From: an uncultured Actinomycetes bacterium
GTDB lineage: Bacteria; Actinomycetota; Thermoleophilia; UBA2241
Direction of reading: 5' to 3'
Assembly: GCA_963709345.1 (NCBI GenBank)
Contig: CAVPVX010000002.1
Location: 256,001-320,000 of the forward strand
DNA: 64,000 nt
The translations under genes and the position numbers were made by a program. Shown piece after piece: positions 39,165 through 49,529 of this stretch (positions are counted from its first letter, which is position 1; every line of letters starts with the position of its first letter). The notes beneath the pieces are model-generated. The model did not search any database, was not told the DNA's origin, and saw only the letters and a list, made by a program, of their open reading frames with translations.

Positions 39165-40808
39165 TCATCTCCGCTTCTTGTGCTTGCGCGAGGTCGAGGC
39201 GCGGCGACCGCCGCCTGCCGGCTTGCCGGACTTCGCGGCGACCGACGCCGCAGACCCGGCCTCTGCCACGGCGGGAGCGCCAGACGCGGACGTGGCGCCG
39301 CGGCGGCGGCGAGAGGCCGACAGCCGGTCGTCGGCCAGCGCGCCTTGGTCGACGTCGATCTGGCCGGCGCGCACGCCCACGAGGGACGGCCGGTTGAAGA
39401 AGGCGAAACTCGAGAGCACGCCCAGCATGGCGCGGGTGAAGAGGACCGCGGTGAGCATGCTCATCAGCACGCCGAGGATCAGCGTGAGCGCGAAGCCCTT
39501 GGGCTGAGCGGTCGCGAAGAAGAAGAGGACGAGCGCCGTCATGACGATGAGGGCGTTGGCGTCGAGGATGGTCTTGAAGCCGCGGGCGTAGCCCGAGCTG
39601 ACCGCCGAGCGCACCGTCTTGCCGCGGCGCACTTCTTCCTTGATGCGCTCGAAGATGACCACGTTCGCGTCGGCGGCGACGCCGATCGTGAGTATCATGC
39701 CGGCGATGCCGGGAAGCGTGAGCGTCACGGGGATGACGCTGAAGAGCCCCCAGAGCAGGATGCCGTAGACGATGATCGCGAGGTCGGCGACCAGCCCGAG
39801 GACGCGGTAGTAGAACACCATGTAGATGAGCACGAGGCCGAGACCGAGGAGACCCGCAAAGAGGCCCTGGTTCAGCGAGTCCTTGCCCAGCGTCGCGGAG
39901 ACCTGCTGCTGGAACGCCGGCTCCAGCTTGACCGGGAGCGCGCCGGTGTTGAGGACGAAGGCAAGATCCTTTGACTCCTGGACGGTCATGTTGCCGCCGC
40001 TGATCTCGGCCCCGCCGCTGATGCCGTCGCGAAGACCCGGATCGGTGTAGTCGATCATCGGGTCCGATTCCATGACGTTGTCGAGGACGATCGCGAACGT
40101 CTGCGGCTCCTGCTTGAGCAGCCCGCTGCGGAACAGCTCTCGGGTGACCTGCTGAAACTGCTTGCTGCCCTCGCTCGTGAAGTCGATGAGGACGTTGGGC
40201 TTGTTCGTCTGGCCATCGAAGCCCGCGCGGGCGCTCTTGACGGCCGCCCCCGTCATGACCGGCGGCCGCGCGTACACGAACCACTGCTCGGGGATACCGT
40301 TCTCCGTGTCCGCTTCGCTCACCACGAGCGAGTACCCCTCGCTCGTGCCCTCCGCCTCGAGTTGGTCGATCTCGGCCTTGGACGCTCCTTGGACCTTGAG
40401 CTCCTGGAGGGCGGCTTCCTTGCTCTCGACCGGACCCACCGGCCGCGAAGCCGGGTCGTCCTTGAAGAACTCGAGTTGGGCCGTCTTGCCGATCACCTTG
40501 AGCGCCTGGTCGGCGTCCTCGATGCCGGGAAGCGCTACAGAGATCTGGTCGGCGCCCTGCTTCTGGATCTGGGACTCCGTGACGCCCAGCCCGTTGACGC
40601 GCCGGTCGAGGATCGCGACCGTCTGGTCGAGTTGCGTCTGGCTGGGCACGTCGCCCTCGGACGTCTTGGCGACGTACACGATCTCGAGGCCGCCCTGCAG
40701 GTCGAGACCCAGCCGGGTCTTCACGCTCGGCGGGATGATGAAGTACAGCGAGACCGCCACGAGGGCGGCCATGCCGATCAGGATAATGGCGTTTCGGTGT
40801 TTTCTCAC
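39165..40808 (-). CDS. secD: Protein translocase subunit SecD
   Basis: Motifs LGLDLQGG, RVNGLGVTE, GALPV and GVAADANVVIFERIKEE. Confidence 0.96.
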   Translation of the reverse strand: MRKHRNAIILIGMAALVAVSLYFIIPPSVKTRLGLDLQGGLEIVYVAKTSEGDVPSQTQLDQTVAILDRRVNGLGVTESQIQKQGADQISVALPGIEDADQALKVIGKTAQLEFFKDDPASRPVGPVESKEAALQELKVQGASKAEIDQLEAEGTSEGYSLVVSEADTENGIPEQWFVYARPPVMTGAAVKSARAGFDGQTNKPNVLIDFTSEGSKQFQQVTRELFRSGLLKQEPQTFAIVLDNVMESDPMIDYTDPGLRDGISGGAEISGGNMTVQESKDLAFVLNTGALPVKLEPAFQQQVSATLGKDSLNQGLFAGLLGLGLVLIYMVFYYRVLGLVADLAIIVYGILLWGLFSVIPVTLTLPGIAGMILTIGVAADANVVIFERIKEEVRRGKTVRSAVSSGYARGFKTILDANALIVMTALVLFFFATAQPKGFALTLILGVLMSMLTAVLFTRAMLGVLSSFAFFNRPSLVGVRAGQIDVDQGALADDRLSASRRRRGATSASGAPAVAEAGSAASVAAKSGKPAGGGRRASTSRKHKKRR

Positions 40809-40883
40809 AGGCTCACAGTATGCGGGGTCCCAGAAGGGGCCGTCAGGCGGTAGAGCGTATCCGACGCGGTGGAGACGCGCAAC

Positions 40884-40918
40884 TTCGCGGCCGGAGGCCG
40901 CCGGCCTCCGGCCGCGAA
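40884..40918 (-). terminator. Hairpin terminator downstream of ftsZ
   Basis: 17-bp inverted repeat TTCGCGGCCGGAGGCCG-C-CGGCCTCCGGCCGCGAA. Confidence 0.7.
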
Positions 40919-40941
40919 ACTACGGCGTCGTCGAGTCACTC

Positions 40942-42030
40942 TCAGTGATCGCGCAGGAAGCTGGGGATGTCCAGGACGTCGTCGTCGACGTCGAATGACG
41001 GCTTGGGCTCCTCGTTGAAGAGCGGCGTGCCCTTGGGCTCCGGCGCGGCCGTCGCGCGCGGCGCCGGCTGCTCCCCGCCCAGCGGGCGGTCGAAGCCGGT
41101 GGCGATCACCGTCACACGGACCTCGTCGCCCAGCGACGGGTCGATGACGGCGCCGAAGATGATGTTGCAGTCGGCGTCGGCGGCGCTGTTGATGATCTCC
41201 GCGGACTCGTTGATCTCGAAGAGACCGAGGTCGCTCCCGCCGGTGATGTTGAGCAGGATGCCGCGGGCGCCCTCCACGCTGGCCTCGAGCAGCGGCGAGC
41301 TGATCGCCGCGCGCGCCGCCTCGACGGCGCGGTTCTCGCCGCCGGCGACGCCGATTCCCATGAGGGCGGAGCCGGCGTTCTTCATGATCGTGCGCACATC
41401 CGCGAAATCGAGGTTGATGAGGCCGGGCACCGTGATGAGGTCGGTGATGCCCTGCACGCCCTGGCGGAGCACGTCGTCGGCGACCTTGAACGCCTCGATG
41501 ACGGAGGTGCGCCGCTCCACGACCTGCAGCAACCGGTCGTTCGGGATGATGATCAGCGTGTCGACCTTCTCGCGCAGCTCGTCGATGCCCTCGGAGGCCA
41601 GGCGCGCCCGGCGCTTGCCCTCAAAGGCAAACGGGCGCGTCACGACGCCCACGGTGAGCGCCGCCAGTTCCTTGGCAAGCTCGGCGATGACGGGGGCGGC
41701 GCCGGTGCCGGTGCCGCCGCCCTTGCCGGCGGTCACGAAGACCATGTCGGCGCCCTTGAGCGCGTCGCGCAGCTCGTCCTTGCTCTCCATCGCCGCCTGA
41801 TACCCGATGGTCGGGTTGGCCCCGGCGCCGAGACCGCGCGTGATCTTGCTGCCGATGTGGATCTTGACGTCGGCGTCGCACATCTGCAGCGCCTGGGCAT
41901 CGGTGTTGACGGCGATGAACTCGACGCCGCGGAGCCCTGCGTCGACCATGCGGTTGACGGCGTTGGTGCCGCCGCCGCCCACACCGACGACCTTGATGAC
42001 GGCGAGGTAGTTCGCTGACGCGTCGATCAT
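40942..42030 (-). CDS. ftsZ: Cell division protein FtsZ
   Basis: Motifs [26 protein letters not shown] and C-terminal DIPSFLR. Confidence 0.98.
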   Translation of the reverse strand: MIDASANYLAVIKVVGVGGGGTNAVNRMVDAGLRGVEFIAVNTDAQALQMCDADVKIHIGSKITRGLGAGANPTIGYQAAMESKDELRDALKGADMVFVTAGKGGGTGTGAAPVIAELAKELAALTVGVVTRPFAFEGKRRARLASEGIDELREKVDTLIIIPNDRLLQVVERRTSVIEAFKVADDVLRQGVQGITDLITVPGLINLDFADVRTIMKNAGSALMGIGVAGGENRAVEAARAAISSPLLEASVEGARGILLNITGGSDLGLFEINESAEIINSAADADCNIIFGAVIDPSLGDEVRVTVIATGFDRPLGGEQPAPRATAAPEPKGTPLFNEEPKPSFDVDDDVLDIPSFLRDH

Positions 42031-42080
42031 CGTGGTGACCCTCCTGTCGTGGTCGAGACTCGCCGTCGAGACCTCTGGCG

Positions 42081-42105
42081 AACCCTCAAGCCCCGCTTGA
42101 GTGTT
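42081..42105. promoter_or_regulatory. Imperfect 25-bp palindromic operator in the ftsZ leader (FtsR-like)
   Basis: AACCCTCAAG-CCCCG-CTTGAGTGTT. Confidence 0.6.
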
Positions 42106-42206
42106 GCTCCCTGCTCGCGTTCCTCACGCGGAAAACAGGCCGATATGCAGCGATCCCTGACGATCTCCAACGGACGGGAAGACCTAATACCCCGACCGTT
42201 CACATA

Positions 42207-42235
42207 AACATACTGACGCCCCGGAAGGGTGTCAA
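42207..42235 (-). promoter_or_regulatory. ftsZ promoter TTGACA-N17-TATGTT
   Basis: Perfect -35 hexamer and 17-nt spacer. A GACAC (WhiA-type motif) overlaps the -35. Confidence 0.7.
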
Positions 42236-42300
42236 ACAGGGGCGTTGCGTATGCGTTCATCCCCACGGTCTCCAGTGATGGTCGAGGATGCCCTCGAGCA

Positions 42301-43194
42301 TCAGTCGAGGACCGGTCTGGCCAGGACTCTGTCGGGCGTCGAGACGTCTATGAAGGTGCACTGCTTGCCCTTCGACGCGTACTGCGCCAGCACCGCGCGC
42401 AGGGCGACGGCTTTGGCGACCGTCCTGCCGCCGTCGCCCCACAGCGCCCTGGGCCCGCCGGCGAAGCGCAAGGTGATCCTTCCGTCGGCGCTCTGGACGG
42501 CATCGAGACGGGAGCGGAGAGACCCGGGCAGCGCCGCGACGACGCGCAGCCTGTCTTCGAGCCCCGGATCGCTCGCGACCGTCCCGGGTCGCACGCGACC
42601 GGCGACCGGCGTGCGCGGCAGATCGAGTGCCGCGTCACGCGGCCCGCGGATCAGCGTCGCCTGCGGAGCGGATGAGCTCGTCGCCGCGCCGGCAGAGGCC
42701 TCGTCCGAGGCGACGCTCGCAGCCGGTGACGGCGTCGCCGATGCCTGTGCGGCAGGCGTCGCCCCTCCGGCCTTGCCGGCCGTGACGCCCGTCTCGCAGA
42801 TCACGTGTCCCTTTCCGTCGATCACGTACCAGCGCTTCCCGGACAGCGCGTAGACGGCCGGGTCGTACTCGGTCACTGCGACCTTCAGGGTGCCGGGGAA
42901 GTCGCGGTCGACAGTGACGCCGGCCACGTAGCAGAGAGACGACAGCGTCTCGCGAACGTCGCCCGCCGTCACCGTGAACAGGTTGTGGCCCCGGAATTCC
43001 CGGCGCAGCAGGCGCGCGACGCGCTTCTCCGGGACGAGCTTCGTGCCGCTCACCGTGATGCGCACGATGTCGAACGAGGAGGAGCTGCGCCCGAGGGCGT
43101 ACACGACCGTGGGCAGCGCGAAGATCGCGACCGTGAGAAGCACGGTCGGCAACAGACGTAGTCGCGGGCGGCGAGACCCGCCTGCCTTGGGCAT
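42301..43194 (-). CDS. ftsQ: Cell division protein FtsQ/DivIB
   Basis: TM, then a POTRA domain (FDIVRITVSG, NLFTV, RDFPGTLKVAVTE) and C-terminal IDVSTPDR. Located just before ftsZ. Confidence 0.88.
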   Translation of the reverse strand: MPKAGGSRRPRLRLLPTVLLTVAIFALPTVVYALGRSSSSFDIVRITVSGTKLVPEKRVARLLRREFRGHNLFTVTAGDVRETLSSLCYVAGVTVDRDFPGTLKVAVTEYDPAVYALSGKRWYVIDGKGHVICETGVTAGKAGGATPAAQASATPSPAASVASDEASAGAATSSSAPQATLIRGPRDAALDLPRTPVAGRVRPGTVASDPGLEDRLRVVAALPGSLRSRLDAVQSADGRITLRFAGGPRALWGDGGRTVAKAVALRAVLAQYASKGKQCTFIDVSTPDRVLARPVLD

Positions 43195-43229
43195 GGCGCC
43201 GGACCTTGGTCGGGGGAACCTACCCTCGA

Positions 43230-44645
43230 CTATTCGGCGCCGGCAGGTGGTTCCCCTTGCGCGGCGAGCGCGGCCAGCAGGTTCTCGCCGGCCCGAAAGA
43301 CGTCGCCGGCGCCGAGCGTGAGGACGAGGTCGCCGCCGCGCACGCGAGGGGCGAGACTGGCGACGACGTCGCCGAGCCGCGGAAGGTACGAGACCGGCCC
43401 GCCGGGGCGCTCGGCAAGGTACGCATCGACGACGAGCTTGCCGGTGATACCCGGCTCAGGCTCTTCTCGAGCGGGGAAGATGTCGGTGACGATCGCCTCG
43501 TCGGCCAGGGTGAGAGCGCGCCCGAACTCGCGCTGCAGATAGCGCGTGCGCGAGAACAGGTGCGGCTGGAACACGGCGATGACGCGCCGGTGCCGGCCTT
43601 GCTTCGCGGCGGTGAGGGTCGCGGTGATCTCCGTCGGGTGATGCGCGTAGTCGTCCACCACAAGCACGCCGTCATGCTCGCCCACGCGCTGGAAGCGGCG
43701 CGCGGCGCCGCTGAACGTCAGCAGATGCGGCGCCGCGTCCCTCGGCGCGACTCCCGCATGACGCAGAACCGCCAGCGCCGTGAGAGCGTTCAGGACGTTG
43801 TGTGCGCCGGGCAGGCGAAGCTCGACGACGGCGAGCGTCTTCCCGTCGCCGTCCAGCACCGCGAACTCGCTGCCGCTGTCGTCCACGCGGCGCACGTCGG
43901 CGCGCAGGTCGCCCTCCTCGATGCCGACGACAACGACCCGGGCCGGCGTGTGCGCCGCGAGTTCCTCGCCCCCACTGCCGGCGACGAGGACCAGGAGGCC
44001 GTCGGCCGGCAGCAGCGCCGCGAAGCGGCGGAAGACATCGCGGACGTCGTCGACGCAGCCGTAGTTGGCGTGATGGTCCAGTTCGACGTTGGCGACGATC
44101 GCGACCTCGGGCCGCAGGTACAGCAGGCTGCCGTCGCTCTCGTCGGCCTCGGCCACCAGCCACTCGCCCTGGCCCATCCCGGCGTTCGAGCCGACGTCGT
44201 TGAGCTCTCCGCCCACGAGAAAGGTCGGGTCGAGCCCGCACTGGCGCATGACGTGCGAGATCATCGACGAGGTCGTGGTCTTGCCGTGCGTCCCGGCCAC
44301 CGCGATCCCGCGCCGCATCGCCATGACGCGCGCGAGCATCTCGGCGCGGCGCAGTACGGGAAGGCCGGCGCTGCGCGCCGCGCGCAGCTCGGGGTTACCC
44401 TCCGGGATCGCCGACGAGATGACCACCAGCGCCGCGTCGCCCAGGTTGGCGGCAGTGTGGCCGATGGAGACCGGCACGCCGGCGTCTTCGAGGTGTCGCG
44501 TGTACCGCGACGTCTTGAGGTCGGAACCGCGGACGTCGACGCCGAGCGCCGCGAGCACCATGGCGATGCCGCTCATTCCGGCGCCCCCGATGCCGATGAA
44601 GTGGACCGGCTGGGGGAAGTCCCTCGCGGGTTCGTTGCTCATCAC
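43230..44645 (-). CDS. murC: UDP-N-acetylmuramate-L-alanine ligase
   Basis: Motifs HFIGIGGAGMSG, GTHGKTTTS, EADESDG, DDYAHHPTE and FQPH. Confidence 0.97.
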   Translation of the reverse strand: MMSNEPARDFPQPVHFIGIGGAGMSGIAMVLAALGVDVRGSDLKTSRYTRHLEDAGVPVSIGHTAANLGDAALVVISSAIPEGNPELRAARSAGLPVLRRAEMLARVMAMRRGIAVAGTHGKTTTSSMISHVMRQCGLDPTFLVGGELNDVGSNAGMGQGEWLVAEADESDGSLLYLRPEVAIVANVELDHHANYGCVDDVRDVFRRFAALLPADGLLVLVAGSGGEELAAHTPARVVVVGIEEGDLRADVRRVDDSGSEFAVLDGDGKTLAVVELRLPGAHNVLNALTALAVLRHAGVAPRDAAPHLLTFSGAARRFQRVGEHDGVLVVDDYAHHPTEITATLTAAKQGRHRRVIAVFQPHLFSRTRYLQREFGRALTLADEAIVTDIFPAREEPEPGITGKLVVDAYLAERPGGPVSYLPRLGDVVASLAPRVRGGDLVLTLGAGDVFRAGENLLAALAAQGEPPAGAE

Positions 44646-44649
44646 GTCC

Positions 44650-45744
44650 TCATCTCTTCAGGATGCTCTCGATCTCGTCGGCGACGCGCCGGGCCGCGTC
44701 AGGCCTGCCCAGCGCGGCGCTGGCGGCCGCCATGCCGCGCAGCCGGTCCGGATCGCCGAGCAAGTCGCCGACGAGCCCGCGGAGCAGATCGCCGCTGAGC
44801 TCGTCGTCGTTCACCAGGAGCGCGCCCCCGGCCTCGACCATCTCCCGCGCGTTCTTGCGCTGGTGATCGGCGGTCGCGTAGGGATACGGCACCAGGATCG
44901 CCGGCCGCCCGAGGGCGGCGAGCTCGGCGACGGAGCCGCCCGAGCGCGCGACCACCAGATCGGCCGCGGCCATGGCCGCGGCCAGGCGGTCAGTGTAGGG
45001 CACCAGGCGGTAGCGCTCAAACCGCTCGCCGAGAGCGTCGAGCTCGCTGCGCACGTCGTCGGCGTTCTTCGGCCCGCAGACGTGGACGAGCTGGAACTCC
45101 ATCTCCTTGCCACCGAAAGCGTCGACGCAGGCGCGGTTGATGCTCCGCGCGCCCTGGCTGCCGCCGAACGCCAGGACGACCGGCAGGCCGGAGTCCAGAC
45201 CGAAGGCGGAGCGCCCCTCGCCCGCAGTGACGTCGAGCTGGCCGGGCCCCAGTGGCCGCCCGGTCACGACGTACCGCGGGGGCTCGAGACCGGCGATCGG
45301 GAAGCTCAGGCAGAAGCGCTTGACGAACGGCCGCAGAAGACGGTTGGCGACGCCGAGGTGGGCGTCGGCCTCGAGCGCCAGCCCGGGCACACCGTGGGTG
45401 GCGGCCAGCGCGACGACCGGGCCGCTGGCGAATCCGCCGCCGCCGACGGCGACGTCGGGACGCACCTCCTTCAGGATCCGGCGGACCCGCGGCACGGCGG
45501 CCGCCAGCAGGCTGAAGGTGCGCGCGTACGCGCGCGCATCGAGACGCCGCTCGAACCCCTTGAGCTCGAGCGCGTAGGTGGTGTACCGGTCTCCGACGCG
45601 CTCGACCTGCGACGGGGTCGTGACGAGAACGACGTGAGCGCCGCGCGCCTCTGCCTCAGCCGCGACGGCGAGCGCCGGCTGAAGGTGCCCCCCGGTCCCC
45701 CCCGCGGCCAGCAGAACGGTCGCGCCGCTCAGCGCTGACGGCAA
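44650..45744 (-). CDS. murG: Undecaprenyl-PP-MurNAc-pentapeptide GlcNAc transferase
   Basis: Motifs GGTGGH, GGGFAS, GGSQGA and HQRKNA. SD AAGGAG before TTG 45744. Confidence 0.95.
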   Translation of the reverse strand: MPSALSGATVLLAAGGTGGHLQPALAVAAEAEARGAHVVLVTTPSQVERVGDRYTTYALELKGFERRLDARAYARTFSLLAAAVPRVRRILKEVRPDVAVGGGGFASGPVVALAATHGVPGLALEADAHLGVANRLLRPFVKRFCLSFPIAGLEPPRYVVTGRPLGPGQLDVTAGEGRSAFGLDSGLPVVLAFGGSQGARSINRACVDAFGGKEMEFQLVHVCGPKNADDVRSELDALGERFERYRLVPYTDRLAAAMAAADLVVARSGGSVAELAALGRPAILVPYPYATADHQRKNAREMVEAGGALLVNDDELSGDLLRGLVGDLLGDPDRLRGMAAASAALGRPDAARRVADEIESILKR

Positions 45745-47103
45745 TGTGACTCCTTCGGTTGGTGGCGATGTTGAGCAGGATACCCAGCCCGGCGAGCACG
45801 ACCAGCATGCTGGTGCCGCCGCACGAGACGAGCGGAAGAGGCACACCCGTGAGCGGCAGCAGCCCCAGCGCGGCGCCGACGTTGATGCAGGCCTGGCCGA
45901 TGATGATGGCGGTGATCCCGGTAGCCAGCAGCTTGCCGAACGTCTCCTTGCACATCAGCGCGATGCGGAAGCACATCCATGCGAGCGCCACGTACAGGGC
46001 AAGCAGGACGAGCAGGCCGACCAGGCCGAGCTCTTCCCCGATGATACCCGTGATCATGTCGGTGGTCTGCTCCGGCAGAAAGCCGAACTTCTGCACCGAG
46101 TTGCCGAGCCCGACGCCGAAGACCCGGCCGGAAGCGATCGAGATGAGCGACTGCGTCGCCTGGAAGCCGCTTCCCTGCGGGTCCTTCCAGGGGTCGAAGA
46201 ACGTCACCAAGCGGTCGAGACGGTACGGCTCCACGGCGATGAGCGTAAGCACGGCAAGGATGCCGGCTACGGCCAAGCCGAACAGGTAGCGGATGGGGGC
46301 GCCGGCCGCGACGAGCACCGCGACGACGCCGCTTGTCAGTACGAGCGTCGTGCCCAGATCCGGCTCCAGCATGATGAGGGTGGCCGCCGGCAGGATCCCG
46401 ACCGCGATCAAGAACAGGAACCCCTTCACCGTCCGCACCTGCCGGGTCGCCGCACGATGAGTGTCGCAACGAGCATCACCGCGGCGAGCTTGGCGAACTC
46501 ACTGGGCTGCACGCCCTGCCCGCCGACCATCAGCCACCGCCGCGCCCCGTTGATGCTCGTGCCGATGCCGGGGATGAGGACGGCGACGAGTGCGGCCAGC
46601 ACCAGGCCGGCGAAGACCGGCGCCGCGCGCCGGTACCAGGCGTAGTCGACGCGAGAGAGGAACCACATGGCGCCCACGCCGATCCCGGCCCAGGCGATCT
46701 GCCGTCCGAAGAAGTAGAAGCTGCTGCCGTACTGGAAGTACGCCTGGGCCGCCGACGCGCTGTAGGCCATGACGAGGCCGTAGGCGACGAGCAGGAAGGT
46801 GACGAGCATCAGGGCGCGCCGCTCGGGGACGCCGGGGGCGAGCATGGCCGGAGACGACCGGCGCGCCGTACGCTTCGGCGCCGGCGCGCGGCGGTCACGG
46901 GCGACCCCGCCGCCGCCGGGAGCGCCGCGTCCCGATGCGCGCCGGTCCGCCGAGCGCCGCCGTCCCGGCGCCGCCGCGGCGGTACTCCTGCGGCGGTCCG
47001 AGGAGCGTCGCTCGCGCCCGGAGTCACGGTGCGGCGTGCCCTCCTCGGCCCAGTCGAGGTGATCCAGTCCGACGTGCTCGACGCCCCTGTCCGACGACCT
47101 CAC
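45656..47103 (-). pseudogene. ftsW: FtsW (SEDS family), split by a 1-nt frameshift near 46445, probably a sequence error
   Basis: The N-terminal half (GARRW, QPSEFAK) and the C-terminal half (EPDLGT, GFQATQS, IGEELG, LPLTGVPLPLVS) are in different frames. Confidence 0.88.
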
Positions 47104-47109
47104 AGGTCC

Positions 47110-48531
47110 CTAGCTCCTCGCTCGCAACTCGCTCACCAGCTTGAGGAACTCTTCGCCCCGCTCCTCGTAGTCCCTGTACTGGTCCCAGCTGGCGCACGCG
47201 GGGCTGAGCAGGACGACATCGCCGGGCGAAGCGGAAGAGGCGGCGACGGCGACGGCCGTCTCCAGATCGCCGCAGCGCACGTACGCGGTGGCGCGCGACC
47301 CGGCCGCGGCCGCCCGGGCGGCGAACGCCGCCTCGAGCCGCGGGGCCGTCGCGCCGACGAGCAGCACCTGCCGAACCCGGCCTTCGGTGGCCGCGGCGAG
47401 CTTGTCGTACTCGGCGCCCTTGTCGTAGCCGCCGAGGATGAGATGCACGCCACCGGAGTAGGCGGTGAGCGCCTTCAGCGTGGCGTCGACGTTGGTCGCT
47501 TTGGAATCGTTCACGTACGTGACGCCGCCGACGACGCCGCCGACCTGCAGCCGGTGCCGCACGCCCTCGAAGCCGCGGAGGGTCGCCGCCGCCGCGCTCA
47601 CGGAGGCGCCGGCGGCGCACGCCGCCGCCGCCGCGGCGAGCGAGTTCAGCAGATTGTGGTCGCCGCGCAGCGCCAGCTGGTCGCGGCGGCAGAGCCGCCG
47701 GCGTTCGCCGCGCACGAGCAGCCAGAGCACGTCGTCCTCACCGACCCCCGCGACCAGCGGATCTCCCCGGGGACCCTCCAGGCGTCCCGGCACGGCGGAG
47801 AACCAGCCGCGCGAAGCGCGGCCCGTCAGCCGCCCGCCCGCGGACTCCTCGAGCACGCCGTCGTCGTCGGCGCAGAGCAGCGCCGTGTCGGCGGCTCGCT
47901 GGGACTCGAAGATCCGCAGCTTCGCGTCCACGTAGCGACGGTAGGTGACGTGGCGGTCCAGATGGTCTTCGGTCAGATTCAGCATGACCGCGACGTCCGG
48001 GCGGAACCGATCGACGTGCTCGAGCTGGAAGCTCGAGAGCTCGGCGACCACCGTGGCATCCGCGGCGATCACGCCGGGCATCGCCGCCAGGGCGTGCCCG
48101 ATGTTGCCGCCCACCGCCACGGGCAGCCCGGCGTCGCGGAAGATCGCTCCCGTCAGCTCGGTGGTGGTCGTCTTGCCGTTGGTGCCGGTGATGCCGACGA
48201 TGGTGTTGGTCAGGAAGCGGCTCGCGAGTTCCACCTCGCTCCACAGGGATACGCCGCGACGGAGCGCCTCTCGCACGATGCGGCTCTCGTTCGGGACCCC
48301 GGGGCTCTTGACGAGCAGGTCGGCCTCCACCGGCAGCTCTGCCGTCGCTCCGGTGTCCACTTCAACGCCGGCGGCGCGCAGGACGGCGACGGTGTCGTCC
48401 TCCGGCGGCGCGCCTTCGTCGAGCCCGACGACCCGCGCCGCCGGCAGCTCACGCCGGGCGAGGAGCGCCGCCGGGCGGCCGCTCCGGCGCAGGCCCAGGA
48501 CGGCGAGACAGCGTACGTCCTCGAGTTCCAT
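47110..48531 (-). CDS. murD: UDP-MurNAc-L-Ala-D-Glu ligase
   Basis: Motifs KSPGVP, GTNGKTTTT, ELSSFQL, NDSKATN and LSPACAS. Confidence 0.96.
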   Translation of the reverse strand: MELEDVRCLAVLGLRRSGRPAALLARRELPAARVVGLDEGAPPEDDTVAVLRAAGVEVDTGATAELPVEADLLVKSPGVPNESRIVREALRRGVSLWSEVELASRFLTNTIVGITGTNGKTTTTELTGAIFRDAGLPVAVGGNIGHALAAMPGVIAADATVVAELSSFQLEHVDRFRPDVAVMLNLTEDHLDRHVTYRRYVDAKLRIFESQRAADTALLCADDDGVLEESAGGRLTGRASRGWFSAVPGRLEGPRGDPLVAGVGEDDVLWLLVRGERRRLCRRDQLALRGDHNLLNSLAAAAAACAAGASVSAAAATLRGFEGVRHRLQVGGVVGGVTYVNDSKATNVDATLKALTAYSGGVHLILGGYDKGAEYDKLAAATEGRVRQVLLVGATAPRLEAAFAARAAAAGSRATAYVRCGDLETAVAVAASSASPGDVVLLSPACASWDQYRDYEERGEEFLKLVSELRARS

Positions 48532-48542
48532 CCTCCCCGCCC

Positions 48543-49529
48543 TCAGAAGGTCGCGTAGTACGCCGCGAAGCCCGCCCCCGCGAAGATGGCGGCGACGATC
48601 CAGAAGCGCACGATGATCTTCGTCTCGGACCAGGCCTTCAGCTCGAAGTGATGGTGCAGAGGCGCCATGAGCAGGACGCGCCGGTGGAAGAGCTTGAACG
48701 AGATGACCTGCGCCGCGACCGAGCCCGCCTCGATGACGAACAGGCCGCCGATGATGAGCAGCGCCAGTTCGGTCCGCGTCATGACGGCCATGCCGGCGAT
48801 GGCGCCCCCGAGACCCAGCGACCCGGTGTCGCCCATGAAGACGTCGGCCGGAAACGTGTTGTACCAGAGGAACCCGAGCGAGGCTCCACCGACGCATCCG
48901 GCGACGACCATCAGGTCGGTGATGCCCGGGTCGCTGGTGTTGCGGCCGATGATGAAGGCGATGCCGGCGAGCGCGACGAGCACGATCGCGGACGCGCCGG
49001 CGGCCAGCCCGTCGAGCCCATCGGTGAGGTTCACGGCGTTCGAGAATCCCGCGAGAGTCAGGAAGATGAGCGCGTAGAAGCCGATCGTGCCCAATTCGAG
49101 CTTGAACGAGCTGAACGGGACGTCGACACGCGTGTCGAGGCCGACGAAGTGCAGGGCGACGAACCCGACGAACAGCGACAGGAGCAACTGCAGGAGAAGC
49201 TTGTAGCGCGCCGACAGACCCAGGGAGCGCTTGCGCACGATCTTGATCCAGTCGTCGGCAAACCCGATCGCGGCGTTGCCCAGAGCCGCGATGAGCACGG
49301 TGAGGGACGCCACCGAGAAGCGGCTGAAGACGAGGTACGGGATGAGCACCGCGAACCAGATGAGCGCGCCGCCCATCGTCGGCGTGCCCTCCTTCGTCTT
49401 GTGCCCTTCCGGCCCCTCCTCGCGGATGTTCTGCCCGAACTCGTTCACGCGCAGCCAGCGGATGAAGGCCGGACCGATGACGAGCACCAGCACCATGGCC
49501 AGCACGCTGGCCCCCATGGCTCTAAGCAC
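48543..49529 (-). CDS. mraY: Phospho-N-acetylmuramoyl-pentapeptide transferase
   Basis: Motifs TPTMGG, NAVNLTDGLDGLA, FMGDTGS and APLHHHFE. Confidence 0.97.
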   Translation of the reverse strand: MLRAMGASVLAMVLVLVIGPAFIRWLRVNEFGQNIREEGPEGHKTKEGTPTMGGALIWFAVLIPYLVFSRFSVASLTVLIAALGNAAIGFADDWIKIVRKRSLGLSARYKLLLQLLLSLFVGFVALHFVGLDTRVDVPFSSFKLELGTIGFYALIFLTLAGFSNAVNLTDGLDGLAAGASAIVLVALAGIAFIIGRNTSDPGITDLMVVAGCVGGASLGFLWYNTFPADVFMGDTGSLGLGGAIAGMAVMTRTELALLIIGGLFVIEAGSVAAQVISFKLFHRRVLLMAPLHHHFELKAWSETKIIVRFWIVAAIFAGAGFAAYYATF

